64,000 nucleotides of DNA from a virus (taxonomy: Duplodnaviria; Caudoviricetes), in the IMG/VR virus record IMGVR_UViG_3300031418_000003; one strand, given 5' to 3'. Each line of letters opens with the position of its first letter. The stretch's first letter is position 1. The position numbers and the translations under genes were made by a program. Below are positions 56,198 through 64,000 of the stretch, piece after piece. Under the pieces are notes generated by a model. That model did not search any database. It had not been told where the DNA came from and was given only the letters and a program-made list of their open reading frames with translations.

Positions 56198-57714
56198 GAC
56201 ACTTTAAGCAGACGTTTAACAATAACCTGGTCAATGGCATGAGACAGTGCTTTACGCTGCTGCTCTTTGGTTGCCGCAGGTGTCTTCGCACTGATTGTCA
56301 GAATTTCGTGAGCAATCGGACTGTCAAAGACATTTGCCAGCACCACGGCCAGATAGGTATTCATCAGCGCATTGTTACCACGCACAACCGCATCCAACAG
56401 AGGGATGTTGTTGAAGAATGCCGTCAGGTCGATGTGTTGGTTAACACGCGCCAGTGCACGCTGTGACAGTGGCAGGTTATCTTCCATGATCTCCAGTGTT
56501 GGAACGTACTCTTCTTTGGCAGCCAGAGATTCCATAACCTGAGAGAAGATACGACGTGCATTGGTGCCTTTGTTGACAACCAGAGCTGCATTAACATCAC
56601 CCTGGTATTCACGCCAGGCATTAACCACAACGTCTTTATCGGTGATGATGTCTTTCACCTGATAGTTACGGAACTTCGCGTACACAAAGCCCATGACATA
56701 TTCCGACAGTGACAACTGATCAGAATCAGCAAACATTGTCAGAATCGCATTGTTGTAACCAATGGTCAGCGGGCCCTGGATAATTGGCAGCGAACCGGTC
56801 ACACCATCACGGGTTGGTTGATACTGAAGACCGTTATCAATAATAACGATACCGGCGGAAGCACGTTGTTCCCAGATGTTCTTGAAATGCCAGAGCATCG
56901 TGGTGAACAGGTCACGTGTTACACGCAGTGAAGTACGGTATTCGTCCAGACCGATACCGGTAACACCATCAATCGGATCGTCCATTGAGGTCAGTTTGTT
57001 CAGGATCAGTGTCCCGATAACCAGGGTGCGGAAAGAACTGAAACGGTAGTTCAGCGGTGAAGAGATCTGAGCCACACCGTTACTAATCACATCCGGGTTA
57101 AAGATGCTGTAGAAGTACTTATCCACAAACAGGCCGTTATAGACCGCTTCAACTTCTGCTGAGTTAGAGAAGAAAGGTTGAAGATCAGGAACGTCCAGAC
57201 TGATCAAATCAACCAGCTCTTTACCAGACAGACGTGGGTAGCTACCCTGTAGCAGATCAGAGAGGCGAATTGATTCAATGCCCTGGAAAGAAGCCGCTGC
57301 TTCTTTAGGATAGAAGAATGAATTCAGGAAAGCTGGCTCGACGTTGATCATTTCCAGCTGAATGTTGCCCAGGATGGTTTCCACAGCAGAATCAGCAGAG
57401 ATGGCGTCACGCAGACGTTTTTCTGTTTCAACCAGAATTGGCTTGATCAGAGTAGAGATTGTGTTCAGTGAACCACGGATGGTATCGGCTACAATAGTAG
57501 AAGCCGCTTCCATGACTTCAGTGTGGTCTGGAACCACAGCAGTGTAGTCAGGCAGTTCAGTGGCGATGTTATCTTCAGTGAAGCTAACGATAGCGGCAGT
57601 GGTTTCGTTCAGACCTTTGATAATGTCAGAAGACATCTCATGCAGATTCAAACCTTTCTCGGTTGCCATCAGGGCAAGCGGAGTCGCCATCAATACAGTT
57701 TGTTGCTTAATCAT
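56194..57714 (-). CDS. Conserved phiKZ gp177-like virion protein
   Basis: 506 aa; synteny. Confidence 0.55.
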   Translation of the reverse strand: MIKQQTVLMATPLALMATEKGLNLHEMSSDIIKGLNETTAAIVSFTEDNIATELPDYTAVVPDHTEVMEAASTIVADTIRGSLNTISTLIKPILVETEKRLRDAISADSAVETILGNIQLEMINVEPAFLNSFFYPKEAAASFQGIESIRLSDLLQGSYPRLSGKELVDLISLDVPDLQPFFSNSAEVEAVYNGLFVDKYFYSIFNPDVISNGVAQISSPLNYRFSSFRTLVIGTLILNKLTSMDDPIDGVTGIGLDEYRTSLRVTRDLFTTMLWHFKNIWEQRASAGIVIIDNGLQYQPTRDGVTGSLPIIQGPLTIGYNNAILTMFADSDQLSLSEYVMGFVYAKFRNYQVKDIITDKDVVVNAWREYQGDVNAALVVNKGTNARRIFSQVMESLAAKEEYVPTLEIMEDNLPLSQRALARVNQHIDLTAFFNNIPLLDAVVRGNNALMNTYLAVVLANVFDSPIAHEILTISAKTPAATKEQQRKALSHAIDQVIVKRLLKVS

Positions 57715-57883
57715 TCTGTACGGCTCCTTCGATTACTTCTTTAACAGCACGTGAGGTGATTTCATTCTGGGTATCCGCGTCAAGCGGTGCCTGGAACTCG
57801 TAACCAATCTTTTCTTTTACTTTGGCAGTAAACGCCATTACGTTAGAAACCGTAATGATATTATCCACAGAGAGCTTGGACAT
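57707..57883 (-). CDS. 58-aa protein missed by the ORF track (MSKLSVDNIITV...GAVQND)
   Basis: AAGGA RBS; stop overlaps the next start. Confidence 0.65.
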   Translation of the reverse strand: MSKLSVDNIITVSNVMAFTAKVKEKIGYEFQAPLDADTQNEITSRAVKEVIEGAVQND

Positions 57884-57902
57884 GAAGGTGTTCCTTTATA
57901 GG

Positions 57903-58889
57903 TTAAACAAGAGCAAATGCTTTCTTGGCAAGCGCCAGCTTCGCTACTCGGTCTGCCATCCCGTTTGGTTCAAGGTCTTTGCTTGGGTAATAAGGTTTAG
58001 CTTGTTTAGCCCAACCGTTTACATAAACAGAAACCCAATAAATGTCATCTTTATCTGCGGTAGGATTCAGCTTCGGTTTAATGTATCCCCAGAAGTACCC
58101 TGATGCCAAAGCGGAATAAAGCGGGTTGTTTGCCACTTGAGAAGCAGCCACGGCAGACGACGTAATATCGATAGACGGATCATTCAAATGCTGGCGAAGA
58201 AACGCTTCGCATTTCAAATAATTCAGACGGCCAGTAAGTTGTAACCAACCACGCCCTTTAAAAAGCTTGCCATCACCCGGTTGAGTGTTACCCAAATCCG
58301 CCCGACCTTCATAGATCGCACCGCTGGCAATCTCTTCACTGTACTGGAAAGACGCAGTTTCGTGTAAGATCTGAGCCATGAAATGGGCTTTGCGTAATCC
58401 CGAAGTGATATCAAACATTCCCATGCACATATTCAGGGGATCAATCAACGAATCGAGTTTACCCCAGTTCGCCTGAGGTAACATGGCTTTGAGTTGGTCA
58501 CGGGAAATGTGTTCAGGAACTACCGTGGCGGGTTGTAGCGGAAGCATGGTCTCTCCATTGGTCTTTTTAATCGCTTGGGAATAGAGGTGGGATAATTCGT
58601 CAAAAGCGTCTTGAGAATTTGTCCCCCACTTACCATCAATACTAATGGTATACAAACCAGCACGAGCAAGGCCAGTCTGCAGAAATGTGTAAACCGATGA
58701 GGCTTCATAAGTATTTCCAGGAAGAGATTTGGTTCCCATAGAAGGAAACGCTTTGTTCAACATTGCAATCACAGCTGTGCGACAAAGATCTCCAAAGAGG
58801 CCGTCAATACGGCCTCCATAGAGTTTGTACTTTGCCAGCGTAGTTTGAATCGATTTGATAATCTTTTCGTCTCTAGCGCTGAGTTTCAT
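57903..58889 (-). CDS. Modular endolysin: PG-binding repeats plus GH19 lysozyme
   Basis: Two IDG(L/K)(F/W)G repeats; HFMAQILHET...EE...FKGRGWLQLTGRLNY. Confidence 0.9.
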   Translation of the reverse strand: MKLSARDEKIIKSIQTTLAKYKLYGGRIDGLFGDLCRTAVIAMLNKAFPSMGTKSLPGNTYEASSVYTFLQTGLARAGLYTISIDGKWGTNSQDAFDELSHLYSQAIKKTNGETMLPLQPATVVPEHISRDQLKAMLPQANWGKLDSLIDPLNMCMGMFDITSGLRKAHFMAQILHETASFQYSEEIASGAIYEGRADLGNTQPGDGKLFKGRGWLQLTGRLNYLKCEAFLRQHLNDPSIDITSSAVAASQVANNPLYSALASGYFWGYIKPKLNPTADKDDIYWVSVYVNGWAKQAKPYYPSKDLEPNGMADRVAKLALAKKAFALV

Positions 58890-58890
58890 A

Positions 58891-61800
58891 TTAATACCTG
58901 CCGTATTTGGAAATCATCCGAGTGGTATAGACGTTGTTGATTTCGTTAGCAACCAACTTGTCTCGTAGACTCAGAACCATTCGGTTCAGCAGCGACTTCA
59001 GTGAGAAGATAATATCAACCGGACGACCATCCGTCGTGTAGATCGGATTCTCGTAAATAAAACCAACAGTACCTTTCATCTGATTTCCTACTACAAACTT
59101 ATCCGCAGTAGTGGTTTTGATCTTGTTGTCAATATAAATAAGGACAACCGCAGTGTCAGGGTACAGTTTGCTTTTACCAACCGAGGTGTTACCACCCACG
59201 TTACCGGTAGGAGCCGTCATCTGTTTATAGGAAGCGATCTTCCCACGTACAGCATCTTGCTTCTTGATAAAGGCCCGCAGACTTTCGTCCCAGTCTTCTG
59301 GATCACCGTTATAGACCACATCGATCTTGGTAATTCTGCCAGACTGTTTTGCCTTGATCTGTTTAATACCTAAACGGTCTAACCCAGCGAAGTCATCAAC
59401 ATCATCATAATCAAACGCTGCCGATTCAGGGTTCTGAATGTCACACAGGATTTGGTCATACTCTACCTCATCCCCGAGCTTGACGTGCAGTTTAATAGAT
59501 TGATGTTTGTCTACTGTAAACTCGTTCGGTTTAAGGAACGGTGACGTAGACGCATCAGCAAAACTCTTGACGATTCCGATGGAGTCCTCAAAGGTAAACT
59601 GATCTTCAAACAACGCAATACGGGCATTACCACCACTGAGCCACACAACACGGGTATTGTCGATTGGGTCTCGTGCAAAGAACATCTGATCAAACGCCAG
59701 AATCTCGCCTGCTTTAAATGCATACCCCACTGCACGGTCAGTGACCTTTAAGTGTTTATGGTATTCACCCGCACCTTTGCCGATTTCATATCCCAGTGGG
59801 AACTTATCGGTTGAACCGTCTTCATATTCTACTGTCATGCCGTATTCAGACACCTCGGTGACTTTACCGGCTTTCTTGGAGATAGAGGAATAGAGTTCAG
59901 AGGTACGGTACGCAAGTACAGAGTCATACGACGTACGCAGGGGGTTCATTGCGTAGTTGTCCGCTGCCATTACCTGAGACTGCTGAACACCAGAGAACAG
60001 AGTACGCTTGGTATCGTCCTTGGTTGTTCCGTACAGCAGGTTCATGACCACAGAACCGCGACCCGCATTGGTCCCTTTCTCTTTAACGTTCACGTTACCA
60101 TAAAGGTCGGTGATTTTCGCATCCGAAGTTAAGTAACCAATGAAGCCGACTTTACCGGAGTCTTTGCCCGCTTCAGAAACCACACCCGCGTAGTTAGGAA
60201 GCTGACCACGTGTACGGCGAACCATCGCACGGTCAGAACGTCCCAACGTACCACCAAAGGTATATTCCTCTTGGGACTTCACCTGGTGAACCGGGTTGAC
60301 TTCTTCTGCTGCCTGACACGAGGAGTCTGTAATAATGTTCATCATCACAGCTTCAGGGTTCAGGTCGAAGGTCTTCTTACCGTTATTCGGTTTGTTGCGG
60401 TACATACGGGTTGCTTTAACCATCTCACGATAGACGTGACCGGCAAACCGTTCATAACCCACAAAGCGCTGTTCGGTAAGTTCGATTTCGTGTTTGGCTT
60501 CATTACTGAGCATAAGCTTCACAGCTTCAATCAGCAACTTGTCCATGACAACAGGGAACTTGAACTTCTTCAGAAGACGCATCGTGATCGGATCAATGAA
60601 CATGTCAAAGATCATACTCATCTCTTTAAAGTGAGACGGTTTCACACGTGGGTCTTGCATCAAACTGAACCAGACGTTTGGATTGTCTAAATCAGAGCGA
60701 GCGAAGTTGTTCAAGCCAGTGAGTTTGCGCAGACCGGACATCACCAATGTAGCAAGCTCATCACGACGGTTTAAGATCATGCGCTCATCGGCAAAGGCGA
60801 CCATGTATTCATCGGCACTCAGTTGAGCACGTTGATCAGGATCTACCGTCCGGTATTGAACTTTCAACATCTTCATGACTTCAGACAAGCCAATCCAATA
60901 CGACAGTACAACCACCACTGGGAATTTGAAACCATTAATGTTAACAGTTGCAGTAGGAACCGGTGCTTTGGCAACGTTGAGTCCTAAGATCTCTTCGATG
61001 TATCCTTTCTCTTCTCCACCCACCGTAACCAAACCTGAGGCGTCGATTAAGATCGGGGTTTCACCCTGGAACCCAAGTATCCAACTGTCTGCAGTACACA
61101 GCTTCGCTAATTCACGTTTACCGTCAACCAATTTCACCGTATCAAAATCAAACACGAACTCTGCCGTGCTGATCTCTTTAAAGCGAGAAGCCAAGATACT
61201 GTAATAATAACAGACCTCGTCTTTAGGTGGTTTGTTACCGCCCAGGCTTACACGGATAGATTTATCCACATAAGACTTCTCAATGATTGACTTGCGCAGC
61301 CAGGAAGCGTAATCATCCACCTTCATGGTTGAACGCTCTACCATGACCTTCTTGTCGTAATAAGAGGTTAGCGACACTTTGGTTGGACTGATCTTGCGGA
61401 CCGGTAATTCCATACGCATTAACTGAGCATAGGACTTCACCCCGTTAATAGTAAAGGTGCCGTCCGGTTCTACTTTCGGAATACGCATGCGACGGGTAGA
61501 CGCGCTACCTTTAATTGGCTGGAACTTCATGGTATAGACATCATACTTAGAATCAGCCGTGATGATCGTTTCGCGATCCAGAGCAGTTAATGCAGTTTTG
61601 CCGTTCTGAACGTGTAACACCATTTCCATGATGTTGCGATCCAGTAAGCCTGAGGTGATGTATTCGGTACGCAGTTCTTCAGTACGTGAACGCAACACAG
61701 ACTTGTCCTGAATAACGATACTGTCTGGTGACAGGTCTTCGTTTTTCAGTTGCATGTTCTCAGGTTTAATGTCAGCGATCTCTTCCAGACTACGACCACC

Positions 61801-63255
61801 AATATCGATTTCACGATAGGTGTTAGCCGCATTCATGAAGTATTCAGCTTCACGGGTGGTGATCTGTCCCGTTTTAGACAGTTCCCGTAATTCACGTTCA
61901 ATAGCAGATGTCGGGGAGGCTGCGACCGCCGGCGTGATAGCCGCAGATTCTACAGTAACTCTCTCGAACACATCATCGGAGATATCCTTACCCCAGGAAT
62001 CTTCGTTAGAAAGATCTCCCTCTTCTTCCTCGAGTCCGGCTCCATCAGTGATATATGTCTCAGGATCAGACGCTTCTCCCTGGTTTCCGACGGGGTGAAC
62101 CGGTACAGGATCAGTTCTCTTAGCGCTGGCGTAAAGATCAGCGATAGAACCACTCCCACGATTATCATCCACAGGGGAACTGACGCCAGGAATCCTTTCG
62201 GACGCTTGCTCATTTGGTTTGACTCCGGATACTTGCGATCCGCTAAGACTTTCATCCTCTTCTTCTGCAGTCTCTTCTTCTTCCTGTACAGGGCTAACTG
62301 CCTCATTAACAGGAGAAACAAGGTTAATAAGATTAAGATAAAAACGTTTAAAATAATTAATTTTGAGAGAACTTGGTTTGTCATCTGAAGGTTTATCTGA
62401 ATAAGCCATTAAGTTGATCAAGTTCTGGAGATTAACAATCCAACATGTTCCGTTGTATGTAAAGATGATTTCAAGCTGACGCTTGGAGTCGTCATTAAGA
62501 CGGTTGAACAGCGAGTACTGTTTATCCTCAAAACCCATTAAGATCGCGAAGAGGTCAAGCAGCCAGAAACTCTGCTCGGCCTGGAAATGCCTTAACGCTC
62601 GCTTATCGTATTTAACTATTTGTCCATCCGCATTAAAGAACCCTTTGTACAGGTTAAACGCATACTCAAGTTCTTTGTATGTTGGGAAGGTGCGAGGTAA
62701 TGGAATTTCAACGAACTGGTGTTTGTTAAACTTACTGAACTCGTTAACGGAGTCCATCAACGTATAACGAGTGTTATATGAAGATTGGAACGGAGTGAAG
62801 ACTGTACGGCGGTTATAGACAATCGGAACCTGTCCAATCGCCAGATCGTTCACCAGCAGCTCACCTTCTTTACCAATCACACTCGGATAGTTTCGAGTAC
62901 GTTGGTACATGAAGTGTGAACCTTCATACGCTTTAATAAGGGCACTCAACTGAACCTGGACATTACGAATCGATCCTAAGACCACCTCGTAGTTCGGGTT
63001 AAAGAAGATGTTGATCCGCTTATCGTAATTACTGATAAAAGGAGCCGTGTTACTTGGACCCACTTCACCGGGATGCTGTTGCTGATAATGAATGAGCGAG
63101 TTACGTGGCAGCATGATGTCCCCGATAGGTGTATACCGGGGATTGGTGATATCATTAATCTTTTCACGTGTACCAAAAAGACGAACGAACATGCTGTACT
63201 GTAAAGCTTCATTCCCAGCGTGCGCAAACAAGTTTAAGGGAATGTGTTTCGACAT
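58891..63255 (-). CDS. rpoB: Virion RNA polymerase beta subunit (phiKZ gp178-like)
   Basis: 1454 aa; GRSDRAM, DKFVVGNQMKGTVG and DGRPVDIIF beta motifs. Confidence 0.9.
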   Translation of the reverse strand: MSKHIPLNLFAHAGNEALQYSMFVRLFGTREKINDITNPRYTPIGDIMLPRNSLIHYQQQHPGEVGPSNTAPFISNYDKRINIFFNPNYEVVLGSIRNVQVQLSALIKAYEGSHFMYQRTRNYPSVIGKEGELLVNDLAIGQVPIVYNRRTVFTPFQSSYNTRYTLMDSVNEFSKFNKHQFVEIPLPRTFPTYKELEYAFNLYKGFFNADGQIVKYDKRALRHFQAEQSFWLLDLFAILMGFEDKQYSLFNRLNDDSKRQLEIIFTYNGTCWIVNLQNLINLMAYSDKPSDDKPSSLKINYFKRFYLNLINLVSPVNEAVSPVQEEEETAEEEDESLSGSQVSGVKPNEQASERIPGVSSPVDDNRGSGSIADLYASAKRTDPVPVHPVGNQGEASDPETYITDGAGLEEEEGDLSNEDSWGKDISDDVFERVTVESAAITPAVAASPTSAIERELRELSKTGQITTREAEYFMNAANTYREIDIGGRSLEEIADIKPENMQLKNEDLSPDSIVIQDKSVLRSRTEELRTEYITSGLLDRNIMEMVLHVQNGKTALTALDRETIITADSKYDVYTMKFQPIKGSASTRRMRIPKVEPDGTFTINGVKSYAQLMRMELPVRKISPTKVSLTSYYDKKVMVERSTMKVDDYASWLRKSIIEKSYVDKSIRVSLGGNKPPKDEVCYYYSILASRFKEISTAEFVFDFDTVKLVDGKRELAKLCTADSWILGFQGETPILIDASGLVTVGGEEKGYIEEILGLNVAKAPVPTATVNINGFKFPVVVVLSYWIGLSEVMKMLKVQYRTVDPDQRAQLSADEYMVAFADERMILNRRDELATLVMSGLRKLTGLNNFARSDLDNPNVWFSLMQDPRVKPSHFKEMSMIFDMFIDPITMRLLKKFKFPVVMDKLLIEAVKLMLSNEAKHEIELTEQRFVGYERFAGHVYREMVKATRMYRNKPNNGKKTFDLNPEAVMMNIITDSSCQAAEEVNPVHQVKSQEEYTFGGTLGRSDRAMVRRTRGQLPNYAGVVSEAGKDSGKVGFIGYLTSDAKITDLYGNVNVKEKGTNAGRGSVVMNLLYGTTKDDTKRTLFSGVQQSQVMAADNYAMNPLRTSYDSVLAYRTSELYSSISKKAGKVTEVSEYGMTVEYEDGSTDKFPLGYEIGKGAGEYHKHLKVTDRAVGYAFKAGEILAFDQMFFARDPIDNTRVVWLSGGNARIALFEDQFTFEDSIGIVKSFADASTSPFLKPNEFTVDKHQSIKLHVKLGDEVEYDQILCDIQNPESAAFDYDDVDDFAGLDRLGIKQIKAKQSGRITKIDVVYNGDPEDWDESLRAFIKKQDAVRGKIASYKQMTAPTGNVGGNTSVGKSKLYPDTAVVLIYIDNKIKTTTADKFVVGNQMKGTVGFIYENPIYTTDGRPVDIIFSLKSLLNRMVLSLRDKLVANEINNVYTTRMISKYGRY

Positions 63256-64000
63256 TATGATAATCCATTGGTTAATGAACGTAAAAGGAATTCATGCGGT
63301 TCTTGCACCGGGTCATATAAGAAATCCCCAGAACCTGAAATATAGAAGTCGCGTTTACCAAATAACTCTTCAACTTCACGAATGGAGTCTTCTGCCATGA
63401 TGGAGTTTGCGGACAAGGCGTCACCATCGAAGTCAGCACCGGCTAAGCCAATACGAATGTTCGCAATTGACATCCCATCAAAGTAGCTGGGGTTCTTTGT
63501 ATAAGCCGGGAAGTAATTGTACTTGGTGATAACCGTCTGTCCATCCAGATCCAGCAGGACACGTTCACCTGAAGTGGAGTTGGTTGGCATGACGAAGACG
63601 CGACTTGGATAGATAGACCCTATCCCAGTAATTGGGTATCGGGTAACTTGCAACATCTTCTTCTCAATTTCAGGCACACACTGCATATAGAAGAATTGTG
63701 TATACGTTACCGGACGCACCAGTTTCTTGTTCATCCCTTCAGGCAGGTCATCGATGTCGTGCAGGAGCATGACATTCGTGCCGTCGTCATAGACCAGACC
63801 CAGGTAATGACCGGCTACTTTAATATCCCGATTACGCAGGTTCGGTGAACCGTAGCCGTTGAACATGGAGGTTAGGCCGTCACTCGATGTGAACTTGTCA
63901 ACAATCGTTGGGCCGACTTCTACATAAACCGCATTGAGGGTCTTTGGGTCGACCAGACGAGCTGTTCCTAATCCTGAGGTGAACACTTCATTTAAGAAGC
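63255..64000 (-). CDS. rpoC: Virion RNA polymerase beta' catalytic piece (phiKZ gp180-like), 5'-truncated by the window
   Basis: TRYP and GADFDGD motifs; frame stays open (FLNEVFTS) to the window end. Confidence 0.9.
   Translation of the reverse strand, partial: FLNEVFTSGLGTARLVDPKTLNAVYVEVGPTIVDKFTSSDGLTSMFNGYGSPNLRNRDIKVAGHYLGLVYDDGTNVMLLHDIDDLPEGMNKKLVRPVTYTQFFYMQCVPEIEKKMLQVTRYPITGIGSIYPSRVFVMPTNSTSGERVLLDLDGQTVITKYNYFPAYTKNPSYFDGMSIANIRIGLAGADFDGDALSANSIMAEDSIREVEELFGKRDFYISGSGDFLYDPVQEPHEFLLRSLTNGLS

Noticed and set aside
1-64000. CRISPR array, intact tRNAs, rRNA, integrase or transposase
   Set aside because: No regularly spaced direct repeats, no T-loop consensus in a cloverleaf context, no such motifs seen
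1-64000. Other CTGATGA matches (e.g. ~11072, 17894, 27942, 30902) as hammerheads
   Set aside because: Inside CDSs and lacking stem II, GAAA and stem III
1-64000. Stop-codon reassignment
   Set aside because: Core genes (terL, sheath, RNAP) are uninterrupted in the standard code and coding density is high

Overview
64 kb of a phiKZ-like jumbo myophage genome; host not determined, gene order recalls the SPN3US/Erwinia group (inference). Core late genes: large terminase, three baseplate-type proteins, tail sheath and tube, gp175-type prohead protease, PG-binding/GH19 endolysin, virion RNA polymerase beta and the catalytic beta' piece (runs off the right end). Between them lie leftward accessory blocks of small hypothetical genes, each headed by one shared promoter motif and rich in tandem paralogues. 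The most unusual part is 16.0-21.65 kb, a rightward island with at least five structured non-coding elements, interleaved with a Tad2/DUF2829-like gene, an HNH nuclease fused to half a tRNA, a glutaredoxin and a free-standing NrdA-tail-like peptide. The largest element is a ~1 kb RNA closed by nested long-range helices with a complete type I hammerhead ribozyme inside one domain. All structures were paired by eye; family names come from motif recognition, not database searches.
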